This document shows, in pieces, positions 38,181 through 51,226 of a stretch of DNA of 64,000 nt (position 1 is the first letter of the stretch; every line of letters starts with the position of its first letter). The stretch is taken from assembly GCA_013239625.1 (NCBI GenBank), contig MU054323.1, positions 18,990,819 to 19,054,818 of the forward strand, given 5' to 3'. The stretch comes from Lama guanicoe. Its lineage: Eukaryota. The notes below the pieces were generated by a model. That model was given only the letters and a program-made list of their open reading frames with translations. It searched no databases and was not told the DNA's origin. The translations under genes were made by a program, and so were the position numbers.

Positions 38181-38553
38181 AGCTGTGAACCTTCAGAGCT
38201 AATTCATTCTTTTGTAGATTCATAATCCTACTCTCCTTGCATATGAATAGAGACATAATGAAAAGAATGTGTTTTTGTTTGTTTCCATTTTGGAAAGAGA
38301 TTATGCCTTATCTTTGTTGTCTTGGCAGGATCCAGTGTTCAGAACTTGATTGTTACTTTATGGGTATTTGTTGAATAAATAAATTTATAAACAGATGAAG
38401 ATACGTAAGAACAGAAATTAACCACTTTTTAAATTATAACTGAATTATAGTAGAGTATATTAAGAGATGTGACATATCTTGGATACTTGATGTCAAATTT
38501 ATAACATTTACCTAACTTTCAAAAGTACCACATTAACTTACGATAGTCCATCT

Positions 38554-38755
38554 CACGCGTCAGCAAACTTGTGGCTGGCTGCCTGTTTTTGAAAGAAGTT
38601 TTTACTGGAACGCAGACACACCTGTTCATTCATGGACTCTGTGGCTGCTTGTGTGCTTCAATGGCATATTTTAGCAGTTGGTGACAGAGACAGTACGCCA
38701 GCAAAGTAAAAATATTTAATATCTGACCTTTTAAGAAAACATTTGCTGATCATTG
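38554..38755 (+). mobile_element. MER58A-like hAT-Charlie MITE
   Basis: 'gtcagcaaact' ... 'tttgctgatc' TIR remnants; internal similarity to the 775-1005 copy. Confidence 0.78.
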
Positions 38756-38859
38756 TCAGCATTTGAATATTTGAAAGCATGTATTAGTATTTGTATAGCG
38801 TTTTCATTGTTATATTTAGTAGCACATCATAGAAAAATATATACAACTTATATTGATTT

Positions 38860-39010
38860 TATCATCATTTACTAAGCATTGTGCTAAGAGCTTCGTATAC
38901 ATGTTATAAAATCTAATACGTACGATAACTTTTTGAGTTATGTATTTTGAAAACACTATTTATTAGCTAGCAAATAGTGTAACTGGAAACGTAAATAATT
39001 TCTGTACGCT
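38860..39010 (-). mobile_element. MIR fragment
   Basis: 'catttactaagcattgtgctaagagcttcgtatacatg'. Confidence 0.5.
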
Positions 39011-39172
39011 TCTATTCTGTGCTCTGAATGCTTGTACTGATACCTAGTGTGTGAAGAATAACAATGTGTAGAATAAGACTTATTAAATGGTTCCCCCAAA
39101 TGGAATCAAGACTAGACAGCTAAGTGACAGGTGGTGTGCTAGCAGCATTTCATTCTACAAAAGGCATCCTCT

Positions 39173-39778
39173 GGATATGTACCTAGGAGTGGGATTGCTG
39201 GATCATATGGCAGTTCTATTTTTAATTTCTTGTGGAACCTCCATACCATTTTCCATATTGACTATATCAGTTTACTTTCCCACCAACGAGGGTTCCCTTT
39301 CTTCCGCATTTTTGCCAGCATTTGTTATCTCTTGTCTTTTTGATAATAGACATCCTAACAGGTGTAAGCTGATTTCTCACTGGTGCTGGGTATATATGTA
39401 AGGGAAATTAAACCATTATCTTGAAGAGGTCTGTACCCCTACATGTAGAATGGTGTTTGCTCTGGGGTGACAGTAGAAGGGAGAGGTTTGTAACATAACT
39501 TTCAGTTATAAGATGAAAAGGTCTGAGGAGTTAATGTTTAACATGGTGGCTATAGTTGGTTAATAACACTGTATTGTATAATTGAAATTTGCTGAAAGTA
39601 AAACTTAATATTCTTTTTCTCTCATACACATACACACAAAGTAAATATGTGAGGTGATGGATGTGTTAATTAAACCCAGGGGGGACCATTTCACAATGTG
39701 TATGTGTATCAAACTGTCACCATGTACACTTCAACTATAGTACAATTTTATCAACCAGACCTCAGTAAAACTGAGGAA
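39173..39778 (+). mobile_element. L1 insertion with 5' inversion (39173 to about 39385 antisense; about 39386-39778 sense 3' end)
   Basis: Antisense ORF2 segment joined to a sense segment starting 'ctgggtatatat'; TSD aaaaggcatcctct (39159-39172) / aaaagataccctct (39779-39792). Confidence 0.82.
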
Positions 39779-40501
39779 AAAAGATACCCTCTTCAGTTAA
39801 GTGGGAATTTCTATAAGGAATACGGATAAAGTGATAACAGAAAAGGATAGTCACCTATAAAATGAGATCAAGTCTTTAAGTCAATAGTTAGAGGTTTTAC
39901 ATCCTAACAAACCAAAACATTATGATCAATTGTGTTTTCCCAAGTATTGAGCGTCCAACCTTCGGTGTTGGCAAATGTGTTTTCACAGTTTTCCTCGAGC
40001 TTCTTGGCATTTTAAGTGAGGAAGGAAGGATGTCTGGGAGGATTTCTTGTTTATTCTATATATATGAGGGCTGATCTTCCTAAGAGTAATTTTAAGTAAT
40101 TTTCAATAGAAGTTCCTTATCTCAATCTGACCACATTATATAAAAAAAAAAAAGAAAATTTAATTCTCCTCAACATAGATGGAAGGAAAAAGAGAAGAGC
40201 GATAGATTAAATAGAAAACCAGGAAAAATAGGGATAAACAGGCAAAATGGCATTAAATAATCCATACAGCCTTACAGTATTCCCGTGTTAATTTTATAGC
40301 TATTTAAAAATAACTATAGGCTAGTTGAAAACACATGAAAGTGAGATGTTTATAAAGGTAGAATTTTCCCTTGAACATAATCATTTCATTAAAATTAGAT
40401 GAAATGGAAAAAATAATTGATTTAATTGTAGCTTTGAAAAATAAAGCATTATATAACATGTAACAGCCTTGGCATACATAGTTGTTAATTGGATACTATG
40501 G

Positions 40502-40656
40502 ATTTTTTTAAGTACTTTATTACTGTTTTATTTGATTATTTTATTTTGGGGGGGAAGTAATTAGATTTGTTTATTTTTGGAGTAGGTACTGGGGATTGAA
40601 CCCAGGACCTCTTGCATTCTAAGCATGTGCTCTACCGCTTGAGCTCTACCCTCCCC
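40502..40656 (-). mobile_element. tRNA-Ala-derived SINE (Vic-1-like)
   Basis: 'ggtactggggattgaacccaggacctc...ctaagcatgtgctctaccgcttgagctctaccctcccc'; perfect 13-bp TSD ttggatactatgg (40489-40501 / 40657-40669). Confidence 0.93.
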
Positions 40657-40869
40657 TTGGATACTATGGTTTGTATATGGAAATATGGTAGGCAAACACC
40701 TTTCTCTACTTCGAGTAATGGGACTTTTTTACAGTTTCTATCCATTGGGCCAAGCAATGTAAAAAAAAAAATTTAAAGATCCAATTCTTTGTAAATATAA
40801 ATGGGCATGTTATTTGTTTTATTCCACTTTTATTATTATAATTCCACTAGCAAATTTCAAAGTGTCATA

Positions 40870-41080
40870 TATCTAATGTTTATTAGATGCCAGGCATAAA
40901 TGTTTAATGTTGTAAGTGCATTGATATATTAATCTACAGAACAACTCTAAAAGGAATGATACTATTCCTGTTGTATAGATAAGAAATAAAGGCTTAGAGT
41001 GATAAATGACCCACCCCAGCTCACACAGTTATTGGAGGTAAAGAAATTAACCCAGCTCTTTTTGAGTCCAAGTTTACTCC
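40870..41080 (-). mobile_element. MIR SINE
   Basis: 'atgccaggcat...tatagataagaaataaaggcttagagtgataaatgac...ctcacacagt...aacccagctc'. Confidence 0.7.
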
Positions 41081-43511
41081 ATAAATATTTAACATCTTTG
41101 CTTTAAAAGAGTATCGTTTTACTTCATCCTTAAGTCATTCCTTAGATATAGAAAGATTAGTTCTATTACACTAGGCATAAACATCATTTTTCTTCGTTCT
41201 CAGTTGTTCTTTCAATTTGTTTTGTGTTCCCCAACCAGTTGACAAGCTCAGTATCTTTTGATTTCTTATTTCCTTCATTCCCATGAGTTCGCCGCAAACA
41301 CTACCTAACCGCAGGCCCTGGCATATAGTTCTGGACATGTAATTCGTGATATTTTATTTAATTTAATATTTTTAATTAATGGAAAAGAGCAGATATTGTT
41401 ATATCAAAGGCATTAAATTGGCTTGCCTGGATCCATAATGTTAGTATCCAAAGTAGTATTAAAGTCTGTATCCTAAGTTCTATTTCTCTTTCAGCTAGGC
41501 AAAGTTGTTTCCAAGATATTGGATTTACTGTGTTTCATGATAGTATATCCCTCTGCAATTTTACTTAGTAGAACATTTACTTTATTTTTGACACAATTCT
41601 TTTCTCATTGCATTTTTAACTCTATTCTCTACTCCAATGAGAATCATTTTATACAATAACATAGATTTTTATATTCATATTATTTCCAGGTAAATGTTAA
41701 TTATGACCTCATATGCTGCTCTAAATTCACCCATAGTTTACATCTCTAACCCATCTATGTATCTTTGCTGGGTTGACCTTGCCCATCACCCCTCATACCC
41801 TACATTGTTGAACCAACCATACCCACCACCTCAATTCACTCCTCTCAATCTTAGTCATTCTCCCACTCCTGCAGTCAGTTTAGAGTGTAATATTTACTTA
41901 ATTTCTCCCTGAATTCTAGAATTTAAAAAAAAAATCTCAAATTAAAAAAATCAGTTACTTCAAAGTCTCATTAGATTTGCTATCATATCTGAAGTCTGAT
42001 TTCTCTGTTTTCCCATCTATTCCCTTTTTTCAAAATCAAGGTATGTTAAAGCTTGATTTTGTGATTTTTGTGTCTATTGTGTCTGTATTCATTGTTGGGA
42101 GCGTCTATCGTCCCAGCAGGTTGCTCAGTGAACAAAACACTCAGAGTGTGTCATACATGAAGACCACCCTGCCACACTTTGCAACCTGTTGGGATGGAGA
42201 CTTCTTACACCCCTTCTGGGCTTTGCTCTAGAGTGATATTGTTTATTATGTTCTGATAACAAAAATTCCCACATATCCTGTTGCTAACAGCTGCTCTGTG
42301 AATGGAGGAAAGTGAGGAGGAGGAAATGGCAATTCTTATTAAATCAAACCCTCTTCCCAATCCAAAACCAAATTGCACTGGTTTGATGGGCCTCATGAGA
42401 GCCAGAAGGAATACTGGAGTACTGAATTTGTTTGCTTGAGTTGTAGAACCAAATTTAAATTTAAATAGACAGCATAACTTGAAAATCTTCTGTGTATGAC
42501 ACAAGTCATGTAACTTACAGAACATCTGTCAAGATGGGAAGTTCGTTTCAGTTTTGCCATCTTTTACAAGTTAGCAGGTGAAGCTAGGAACACTACCAAG
42601 GTCAACAGCTGAATCTGAATTTTCTCTGAAGCACTTATCTCAAAATAGTTAAACTCAAGTTTGATGGCTGAGAGTCAGGACAATGGAAGGAGGCTGAAAA
42701 AACAGTGGTAGAGCCCTCTGCTCTGAAGAAATCTTTCTTAATATGTGTTATAATAAACAGTGCAAATAAAAATGTAAAAGCTGCAATTATCAAAGATGTA
42801 GATGATATAAACTCTCAGGCTATGTTATATCTGGTAGATCTAGCTGGAGTGGAAGGTTTAATATGTTGCACACTTCTATGTACGCCTATCAGGTTGACAG
42901 CTGATCCCATACCCTCTGCCACTTTAGCAAGTGACATATTAGCACTACTCGGTTGATTCTATACTTGAGTCATACTCATTAGTGTCTTGTGACAATGCTC
43001 AGTTTAAAAGCTGCCTTGAAGTCATTTTGATGACAGTATCTGGGCATAATACACTTTAATACAATGCATTATCAAGCATAAACTTTACCTATCACTTCAG
43101 GGAAACTGATGAAATAGAAAATAGGTTAGAATTAATCTAATTAGTCTAATCTAGAATGATTCCAACTATAAAATAAAAAGTGACGTTTTTAAGAATTTAT
43201 CAGGTATTGTGTTCTGCCCCTATGTCAGTTAACACAAGGGTGCAAATATTCTGAGGATTAGTGACTACCTATGGCTGTGTATTGATTGATTGCCTTGAAG
43301 TATTCCCAAGGGTTCATGGAACTGAATTTTTCTAGTGCTCCAGAACATGCTAGTATTTTTCTTTTGCACAAATAAAAATCAGTCAAATCATAAAGAAATT
43401 ATTCTTGCTTAAGCTTCTGAAGTCTAACTAAAACTAAAGATCCATCTAGTAGGCGAAAAGCATTTATTAAATTGAATTAGGTAGCAATGACCTTAACAAT
43501 ATTCATAAAAA

Positions 43512-43757
43512 AATAAAGCAACTAGCATTTCAGAGGGTTACTATGTACCAAATGATATACTAGATATCATGTAAAACATTTTCTCATCCTCACAACCTCC
43601 CTCACCCCAGTATGGAATTATTATCCTCATGTAGCTTTGTAAAGATTGAAAAGTAAAGAACTGGATTGACTGGACCAAAGTTATGCAGCTAACTTACATG
43701 GCTGCTATAGTCAAACCGAATGTTTCTGGCTCCAAATCCCAACTCCTTACCACTATA
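43512..43757 (-). mobile_element. Near full-length MIR SINE
   Basis: 'ttactatgtacca...atcctcacaacc...attattatcctcat...tctggctccaaatcccaactccttaccactat'. Confidence 0.75.
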
Positions 43758-46399
43758 AATATTCACTGAGGATCTGCCAGTGCAACCAGAAACCAAATAT
43801 GCCTTTGAATATTTACCAGGTAGAAGAAATAACAGGAAAAAAACCCCAAAATGCTATATTTCAGGAAAGAATTGATACTGTTCAAAAGTAAAACATAATC
43901 AAGTGAATCTGATATGGAAAAGAAACAGAAGGTGTCATCCTCATTCTTTGAGGAACCCTTGGGAAAACATGGCTCTAAGACTATTCTCCATAGGCCATGA
44001 TTGCGGCAAAAGGTGGGTATAGACTGATATTCTGTTGTTGCAAAAAGTGTATTCAATGTGCACTACTTCAGAGGTCATCTTCTGGGTCTCCCAATGTTTG
44101 TGCTTGCTCACAGAGCATTTGGTAATTATCAATAAAATCTTACCCCCAAAAGTTCACAGGTGATATTCAAGTAGCTCAGTATGAAAGACTGAGGAACAGT
44201 GAATACATGAAAGTGATGTGACCAATAATCAGTAGTCCTCCAGAACAGTGTTTATTTTTATATTCCTTTTTTTCCTGCCTACTCTGGATCTCTGAGGAGA
44301 ACCCAGTAAGCTGATGCTGTTGAGCTGAGATGTTGGGTTTCAGGACCTCTCCCATTGCAAAAACTGATCTGTTTTTGTTAGTTTTCTAAATTGAGATTTT
44401 TGTATAAAGGTTTAGATTGAAACAAAATGTGAACTATGTATTTCTGAAAAAGAAGTATTTAAAGATTACTTTTCCAGGTTTAAGTGTTCAGAGAATTTTC
44501 CATTTGGGGTTTTTCAAAGTTCTCCTCAACTAATAATCACTAGAAGTAGATGACAATGGTTAGTTCACAGTGATTGCTCTCCAAGGGTCTCAGTGAATCA
44601 ACAGAGGAATGTCTGACAACAATTTTCTGTCCCTCGGGCTTCTACTGGCATCATTCTGAGCCACCTGCTGGGTGTGATCTGTCATCACTAGTCATTGCTT
44701 TTTGTTGGACCCATTTCCAGAAATCTGTTTCTTATAAATCTCCTTAGAGACAGGCACTCCTTCAAAGTGAAGCATATCAGATTTGGGGATTTTTCCAAAA
44801 GTCTCAAGAAACTAAGGCAGAACTCATTCTGACATCAAGGTATATGCACTGTTAATTGAATTTCTATCCCAACAGACCAACCTTCTTATTGATATAAGTT
44901 AGAATAACAAGAATTCAAAGCCTATGATGACCCCAAAATGCTTTATTATTCTTTAATAAATTAAGCTTTCGATAGATGCAAAATCATTCTATTTTCCCCT
45001 ATCAATATCTTTATATAATGCACTATATATGTGTGTGTGTATATATATATATACACACACTCATTTCTGAAAATAGTTTGATGAGTAACCTTTTTTTTGT
45101 TTGTACACACATGAGAAAAATAATAATAAAGGGATTATTCCCCCCCCCACTATCAAGGGAAAAGTGTCTTGCATCTGGTTTTTACTATAGAATAAAAGAT
45201 TTGAACAATTTCCTGAAAACCTGGATCTATGAATAATACACTGTTCAAAAGGAGTAGGGATAAACACTGGTTCTATCAGGCCCAGAAAGGAATAGTATGA
45301 CTGGGAGAGGCATTCCTATCACCAGGCTTAGCACTAATCAAGATGAGATAGAACTATGGGCACGAGGGTCCTGTTGGCCTGTCCCATAGGCAGAAGCGGG
45401 TGGCTCTGTGGAGGCCATCTCTGTAACCCACCTGGGGCAACACTGTCTCACAGATGGCATAGGAACAGAGTTTAGTCCTAGACGTGTGGAGTTCACAGGA
45501 GTCCCCACATTGGTACTGGCAGTTCAGTCTTCCCGAGTGAGGCTCAGCTTCTCTGAACTCCCTGATGTTGCCTGATTGTGTAAGATGGGTCTCGAGCTCT
45601 AGTCAGGGATATTCCACCCTAGTCAGCAAACAAGTTCAGAAATCATCAGCACTTTTGTCTGATGATACTCTATCATCTGGGTGGATATGGTTCACCTTGG
45701 GAAAGACTATTTAGGCTTTCCTGGGCTTGTTGAAAGCTAGTTCCTCAGGACTTAAAAGTCCCTTCTTCATCCACACAGGAGTATCCTTCCTGTCTCCACT
45801 GGTAGGAATGAATGGTGTCCTCTAGGTCCAATAGGTGTGTCACAGATGAGAACTTTTCACTTCAGCACTGCACTCTCAGGCCAAAAAATGATGGGCAAGT
45901 GACAAGAAAAATGTGAGTCTTTCTTCTATTGTTTTTTTTTTTTGTCCCATCTCCATGTGCCGTTTAACATCTGTATCACAGTTTCGCTTATGAATGGTTT
46001 TAAAAAGAACACAATCCTGTTTAAGGAAAATACCACTTGGCACTGAAGAACATAGAGGAGTGCTTGATAAAGCTTCTGTTACTATTTGCACATTTAAATA
46101 GCTATTATCTTTATGAATATTAGACCCAGAGATGTGAAGTAAATAAATCATGTTTGACACCAACTTAGTTGCATTAGAAGGATTTCTTTTTCCTGACATA
46201 AATGAACAATAAAAGTGTTGTTTACAGAAGTGAAATTTTTAGCTTGATGTCTGAAATCACTCAAAATATTAAATTGACATGAATATGATTAAGGAAAATC
46301 ATATTATTATAGGTATTATTACAATTTTTACATTCTCATGGCTGAAGTAATTTAAATATTGGTCAGAAATGTATGTGCAATGCATAATTGTGTTTTGAA

Positions 46400-46680
46400 G
46401 TATGAATCCATTCTGTTATCTTCATTGTGATAATGGTTACATGAATCTACACATGATAAAATTTCACAGAAGTACACGTGCACACACATGAGTATGTGTA
46501 AAACTGGTGGAATCTGAACAAGCTCCGTGTATTATGCCGAAGTCATTTTCCAGGTTTCAGTACTGTCCTATAATTATGCAAGTTGATATTACTGGAAAAT
46601 TACAGAGGATCTGCCTATACCTTTTTCACCAGCTTGTATTGAATCAATAATTATTTCAAAATAAAGAGTGAAAAAGAAAG
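46400..46680 (+). mobile_element. Old L1 (L1MD/MC-like) 3' end
   Basis: 'ggttacatgaatctacacatgataaaatt', 'aaaactggtggaatctgaacaag', 'ataattatttcaaaataaa'. Confidence 0.75.
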
Positions 46681-46967
46681 ATATAGGAGAAAAGATAATG
46701 TTAAGAAAGTGAAAAAATAAGCCACAGACTTGATAAAAATGTGTAAAATGTATATTTCTGACAAAGGATTTGTATCCAGAATGTATTTAAAGAACTCAAC
46801 AATGAAAAAGGCGGATCTCTTTGTTAAAAAAAAAAAAAGTCCTTTAAGTGTTGAAGGGGAACTTTACAAAAGATGATATTTGAGAGAACAGTTACAACAT
46901 GAAAAAATGATCAAAATCATTTTAAAACAAAAACTGTAGCAAGAGATAAAGAAGGACATTACGTAAT

Positions 46968-47280
46968 AGTCAGAGAACAAATTGGTGATTGCCAGAGGGG
47001 AGGGGGTTTGGGGATGAGTGAAATAGGGAGAGGAGATTAAGAGGTGCAAACTTCCAGTTATAAAAAATAATAAGCTATGGGATGTAATGTACAGCGTAGA
47101 GAAGATAATCAATAATATTGTAATAACTTTGGTGACAAACATTAACTAGACATGTTGTGGCGATCATTTTGTAATTTGTAAAAAATATCAAACCACTATG
47201 TTGTACACTTGAAACTAATATAGTGTTGAAAATCAACTATACTGCAATATAAAAAGTTACAAATAAAAAATAAACAAACA
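46968..47280 (+). mobile_element. L1 3'UTR fragment with A-rich tail, within older sense L1 remnants
   Basis: 'cagagaacaaattggtgattgccagaggggaggggg', 'ttgtacacttgaaactaatatagtgttg...tcaactatact'. Confidence 0.85.
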
Positions 47281-47836
47281 AGCTTAAAAAGACTTACAGA
47301 TGCCAGCTGTTGGCAAGAATATAGAACTAATTGAATTCTGATACGTTGCTGATAGAAATAGATAGTACAAACCTCTTTGGGAAATAACTTGGAAGCTTCT
47401 AATAAACTTAAGCTGCCCTATTACCTATCATTCACGTTCTGTGAGTGCCCTCTTATCTGTGAGGGATACATTCCAAGGTCCCCAGTGGAGGCCTGAAACT
47501 GCGGATAGTACCGAACCCTATAAATACTATTTTCTCCTATATTTACGTAACTATGTAAAGTTTAATTTAGAAACAAGGCACAGTAAGATATTAAAAACTA
47601 GTAAGAAAATAGAGCAATCATAAACGCACTATAATAAAAGTTATGTGAATGTGATTTCTCACTTTCTCAAAATATCTTACAAATCTCATGCCTTTTCCAT
47701 CTTAACCAAGCATATATCTCACACACTGTGGCCATAACTTTTGCAGTTTGAGGAGCAACAGCAAAACTAGCACAAATAACTTTTTCCTTCTTCACAGTTT
47801 CGCTTGGGTAGGAGATTCATTCTTACCGTGGATCTT

Positions 47837-48729
47837 TTTTTTTTTTTTTTGGTATATTTATTTTTTACTGAAGAATAGTCAGTTTACAATATTGTGTCAA
47901 TTTCTGATATATAGCATAATGCTTCAGTCATACATGAACACACATATGTTCGTTTTCGTATTCTTTTCACAAGTTAGTAGAAGATAATATAGTTCCCTGT
48001 GCTGTACAATATAAACTTGTCTATCTATTTTATACAGAGCAGTTAGTATCTGCAAATCTCAAACTTCCAATTTATCCCTTCCTACCCACTTCCCCCCTTG
48101 GTAACCATAAGTTCGTTTCTATATCTGTGAATCTGTTTCTGTTTTATAAATAAGTTTGTTTGTTTTCAGATTCCACATGTAAGTGATATCATATGGTATT
48201 TTTCTTTCTCTTTCTGGCTTACTTCACTTAGAATGACAATCTCCGGGTCCATCCATGTTGCTGCAAATGACATTATTTTATTATTTTTTATGGCTGCATA
48301 GTATTCCATTGAATAAATACACTACAACTTCTTTATCCACTTATCTGTTGATGGACATTTAGGTTGTTTCCATGTCTAGACTATTGTAAGTAGTGCTGCT
48401 ATGAACATTGGTGTGCATGTATCTTTCTGATTAAGGTTCCTTCTAGATATATACCCAGGAGTGGGACTGTTGGGTCATATGGTAAATCTATTTTTAGTCT
48501 TTTGAGGAATCTCCATACTGTTTTTCATAATGGCTGCACCAAACTATAGTCCCACCAACAGTGTAGGACTGTTCCTTTTTCTCCACAGCCTCTCCAGCAT
48601 TTATCATTTGTGGACTTTTGAATAATGGCCATTCTTACTCATGTGAGGTGATACCTCATTGTAGTTTTGATTTGCATTTCTCTGATAATTAGCAATATTG
48701 AGCATTTTTTCATGTGCCTATTGATCATT
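47837..48729 (-). mobile_element. 5'-truncated lineage-specific L1
   Basis: Poly-T at 47835; 3'UTR similar to the 1870 copy; ORF2 remnant [14 protein letters not shown] in ORF 48639-48848. Confidence 0.93.
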
Positions 48730-48730
48730 T

Positions 48731-48876
48731 GGTTTTTAATATTAAAAATTTTTTTGTTGGAGAGGGAGGTAATTAGTTTTACTTGTTTATTTATTTTTAG
48801 AAGAGGTACTGGGGATTGAACCCAGGCCTTTGTGTGTGCTAAGCACACACCCTACCACTTGAGCTATACCCTCCCC
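48731..48876 (-). mobile_element. tRNA-Ala-derived SINE (Vic-1-like) abutting the L1 5' truncation point
   Basis: 'gaggtactggggattgaacccagg...gctaagcacacaccctaccacttgagctataccctcccc'. Confidence 0.92.
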
Positions 48877-49379
48877 GCCTTGGTCTTACTGACGATCTTA
48901 GCAACCTCAGCATGTGATATTTTTTTCTTTCTTATTAAGGCAAGATCTTTCACTTTTTCACTTAAAGGAAGCACTCTACTGCTTCTCTTTGGCTTACCCA
49001 AATTACCAGCATCACCACTCTTGAACTTTGGAGCCATAATTAAGTAAAATAAGGGTTACTTGAACATAAGCACTGCCACAGTAAAACAGTTAATCTGAAA
49101 ATAAGGCGTGTAAGTGGCTAATGGATGGGATATGCTTATACAAAGGGATGATTTACGTCGCAGGTAGAGGACTTGGGCCGGTGAGGGATTTAATCGCACT
49201 ACTCAGAATGGAGGGCAATTTAAAATATATGAATTGTTTATCTCCAGAATTTCCCATTTAACATTTTCTCACCTCAGTTGTCCGTGGGTAACTGAAACCC
49301 TGGATATAGAAACCGTGGCTAAGGGGAGACTACTGCAGTTACATGAAAAGTCCTTCTGCACAGGAAATTACAAATTCTT

Positions 49380-49760
49380 GTGGAGCAAAAACCAAGACTT
49401 AAGTAAATGGAATTATAAACCATGTTTATGAGTTGGAAATTTCACTAGGGTAATAATGTCAATTCCCTGAAGTTGGTCTGTAGATGCAATTATAGCCCAA
49501 TCAGAGTTTTCCTTTTGTGAAAGTTAGCAATTTAATATAAAGGGTATACAAATATAAACTTTGAAAGATAGACAAACAAAATAAAGACCAGAAACAGTCC
49601 TACCTACAAATGATCACCTGATAAATGGCACGGTCCTGTTATACAACACAGTGAAAGAAAGGAGGGTCTATTTAATGAAAGATGCTGACTCAATTGAATA
49701 TTCATTTTGGTGGCAAATTTTTGATCCCTACCACATACCATTCAAAAATTCTCCAGTGGG
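49380..49760 (+). mobile_element. Ancient L1 ORF2 fragments
   Basis: 'aaaccatgtttatgagttggaa...aatgtcaattccctgaagttggtctgtaga', 'ccagaaacagtcctac'. Confidence 0.55.
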
Positions 49761-51094
49761 CTAACGAGCTGGACAGGTTAAAACAAGTTTTATTGCTTTC
49801 TTCAACTTCTCCCAGTCTATCTCTAGATTTTAATTTGTTCCTGAATCTTGGTTCTGTATTACAGCCAGAATCCTATTTGTATCTATAACACTCAACATTC
49901 TTTTGTTTCTCTTTTTGCTGGTTATTGGCTCCATCTGAAGGACTTTGGTTTAGATTCCTGTTATTAGTGTTCTTTACTCTGTATTTTACTTAGAACTCAT
50001 ATTACTAGTCTTTCACAATCAGCTTTTATTAACAATAGATACATTTTTTAAAAATAGAATGAGTACAAGCCATTTCTCTTGGCTTCACCTACCCTATAAA
50101 GGCAGATTGGAATGAAACCTGAACTAAACAGGTGTGATATATAATTTGTAATAAACATAACATCATGATTAAGATGATACCCAGTAAATTAGCCTAAGAG
50201 CCATAAGGAAAAAAGTAATGTATGAGATATCTAATAATGTGGGAAAAGCAGTTAACCTTGTTTCCATAGCATTGTAAGATATAAAGAAGTTGATGATACG
50301 TGGCAGAATAATATAAAACACTTGAATTTGTTGTCTTATGTCATAAACGGTATAATTTTAAAAGCCTAGAGCTGTTTGGAAGGTTTTCTTGTAAATATAG
50401 GACTGAAAGTAATCTTCTAAGGTTGGGTGGGATTTGGAGATGTGAAATCCAGGACAAATAAAACTAAGAAAAGAGCATGAGTAAAGCCTTTTGGGATTGA
50501 GTTTACGACGTTTTCTTGTCAATTATAAACACATGTAATATTTCTAATATTTTTGTGTAACTTTTAAACGTTTCTTTGATGTAGATGTAGTTTTGTATCA
50601 CATTAGAAGAAATTATGATGACTATTCATGATTTTCTCTTCAAATACTAATGCCAGTAGGTCAAATTCAGAGTAAAATATTTTGAGGGGGAAAGCAAAAC
50701 TCATATTTCAAGGAATGTCCTATCTATTCTAAACTCTCCCATTTTTTAACAGTTATTTCTACAACTTGAATTCTGTTCAACACTTTCTATTTTCTGGTTT
50801 AAGTTTCCTTTGGTTTATTAGAAAAAGAGAGTTACAGAAAAATAGTTAAATTGGAAACAGGAAGGAGAATTCATGTTTCCTTCAAGATAAACTAATAAGA
50901 ATCATACTTATAATCTTGCTTGAAATAATCAGAAAAAGAAAAGGAACAAAATATGTGGATATTGATCTCCAAGCACTGCACATTAGATAATAAAAGCCAG
51001 TGATCCCCGAGAAGTGAGTAACAAACAAGATGAACCCATGATTGCCACAGGTTCATGCCTCAAGGCCTTGGAAATGACCAGCTGTGGGGACTAA

Positions 51095-51226
51095 GATGGC
51101 TAAAGTTCTCAGGACTTTGCAGAATGACCTGAAGATTTGCGGTAAGTCTTCAGCTGCAAATCTTCAGGTTGCTCTTCTGTAAAGCTCTTTTCTCCCTGGT
51201 ACTCTGTCCTGAGAACTTCAGTCATC
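51095..51226. repeat. Fold-back inverted duplication within an old L1 5'-region fragment
   Basis: Arms 51095-51115 / 51206-51226 (19/21), 51115-51124 / 51175-51184 (9/10) and 51127-51140 / 51156-51169 (14/14). Confidence 0.9.

Larger units (their letters stand above)
47439..49335 (+). mobile_element. MER44 (Tigger7-derived) MITE, split by an L1+SINE insertion
   Basis: 'gggatacattccaaggtccccagtggaggcctgaaactgcggatagtaccgaacccta' at the left; right TIR 'aaccgtggctaaggggagactactg'. Confidence 0.88.

Noticed and set aside
42705..42956. ORF containing LYLVDLAGVE, resembling the kinesin switch-II motif (KLYLVDLAGSE)
   Set aside because: The conserved Ser is absent, there is no SSRSH upstream or NKSL downstream at the right spacing, and splice signals are poor. 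Best treated as chance; a BLASTX hit to kinesins would reverse this.
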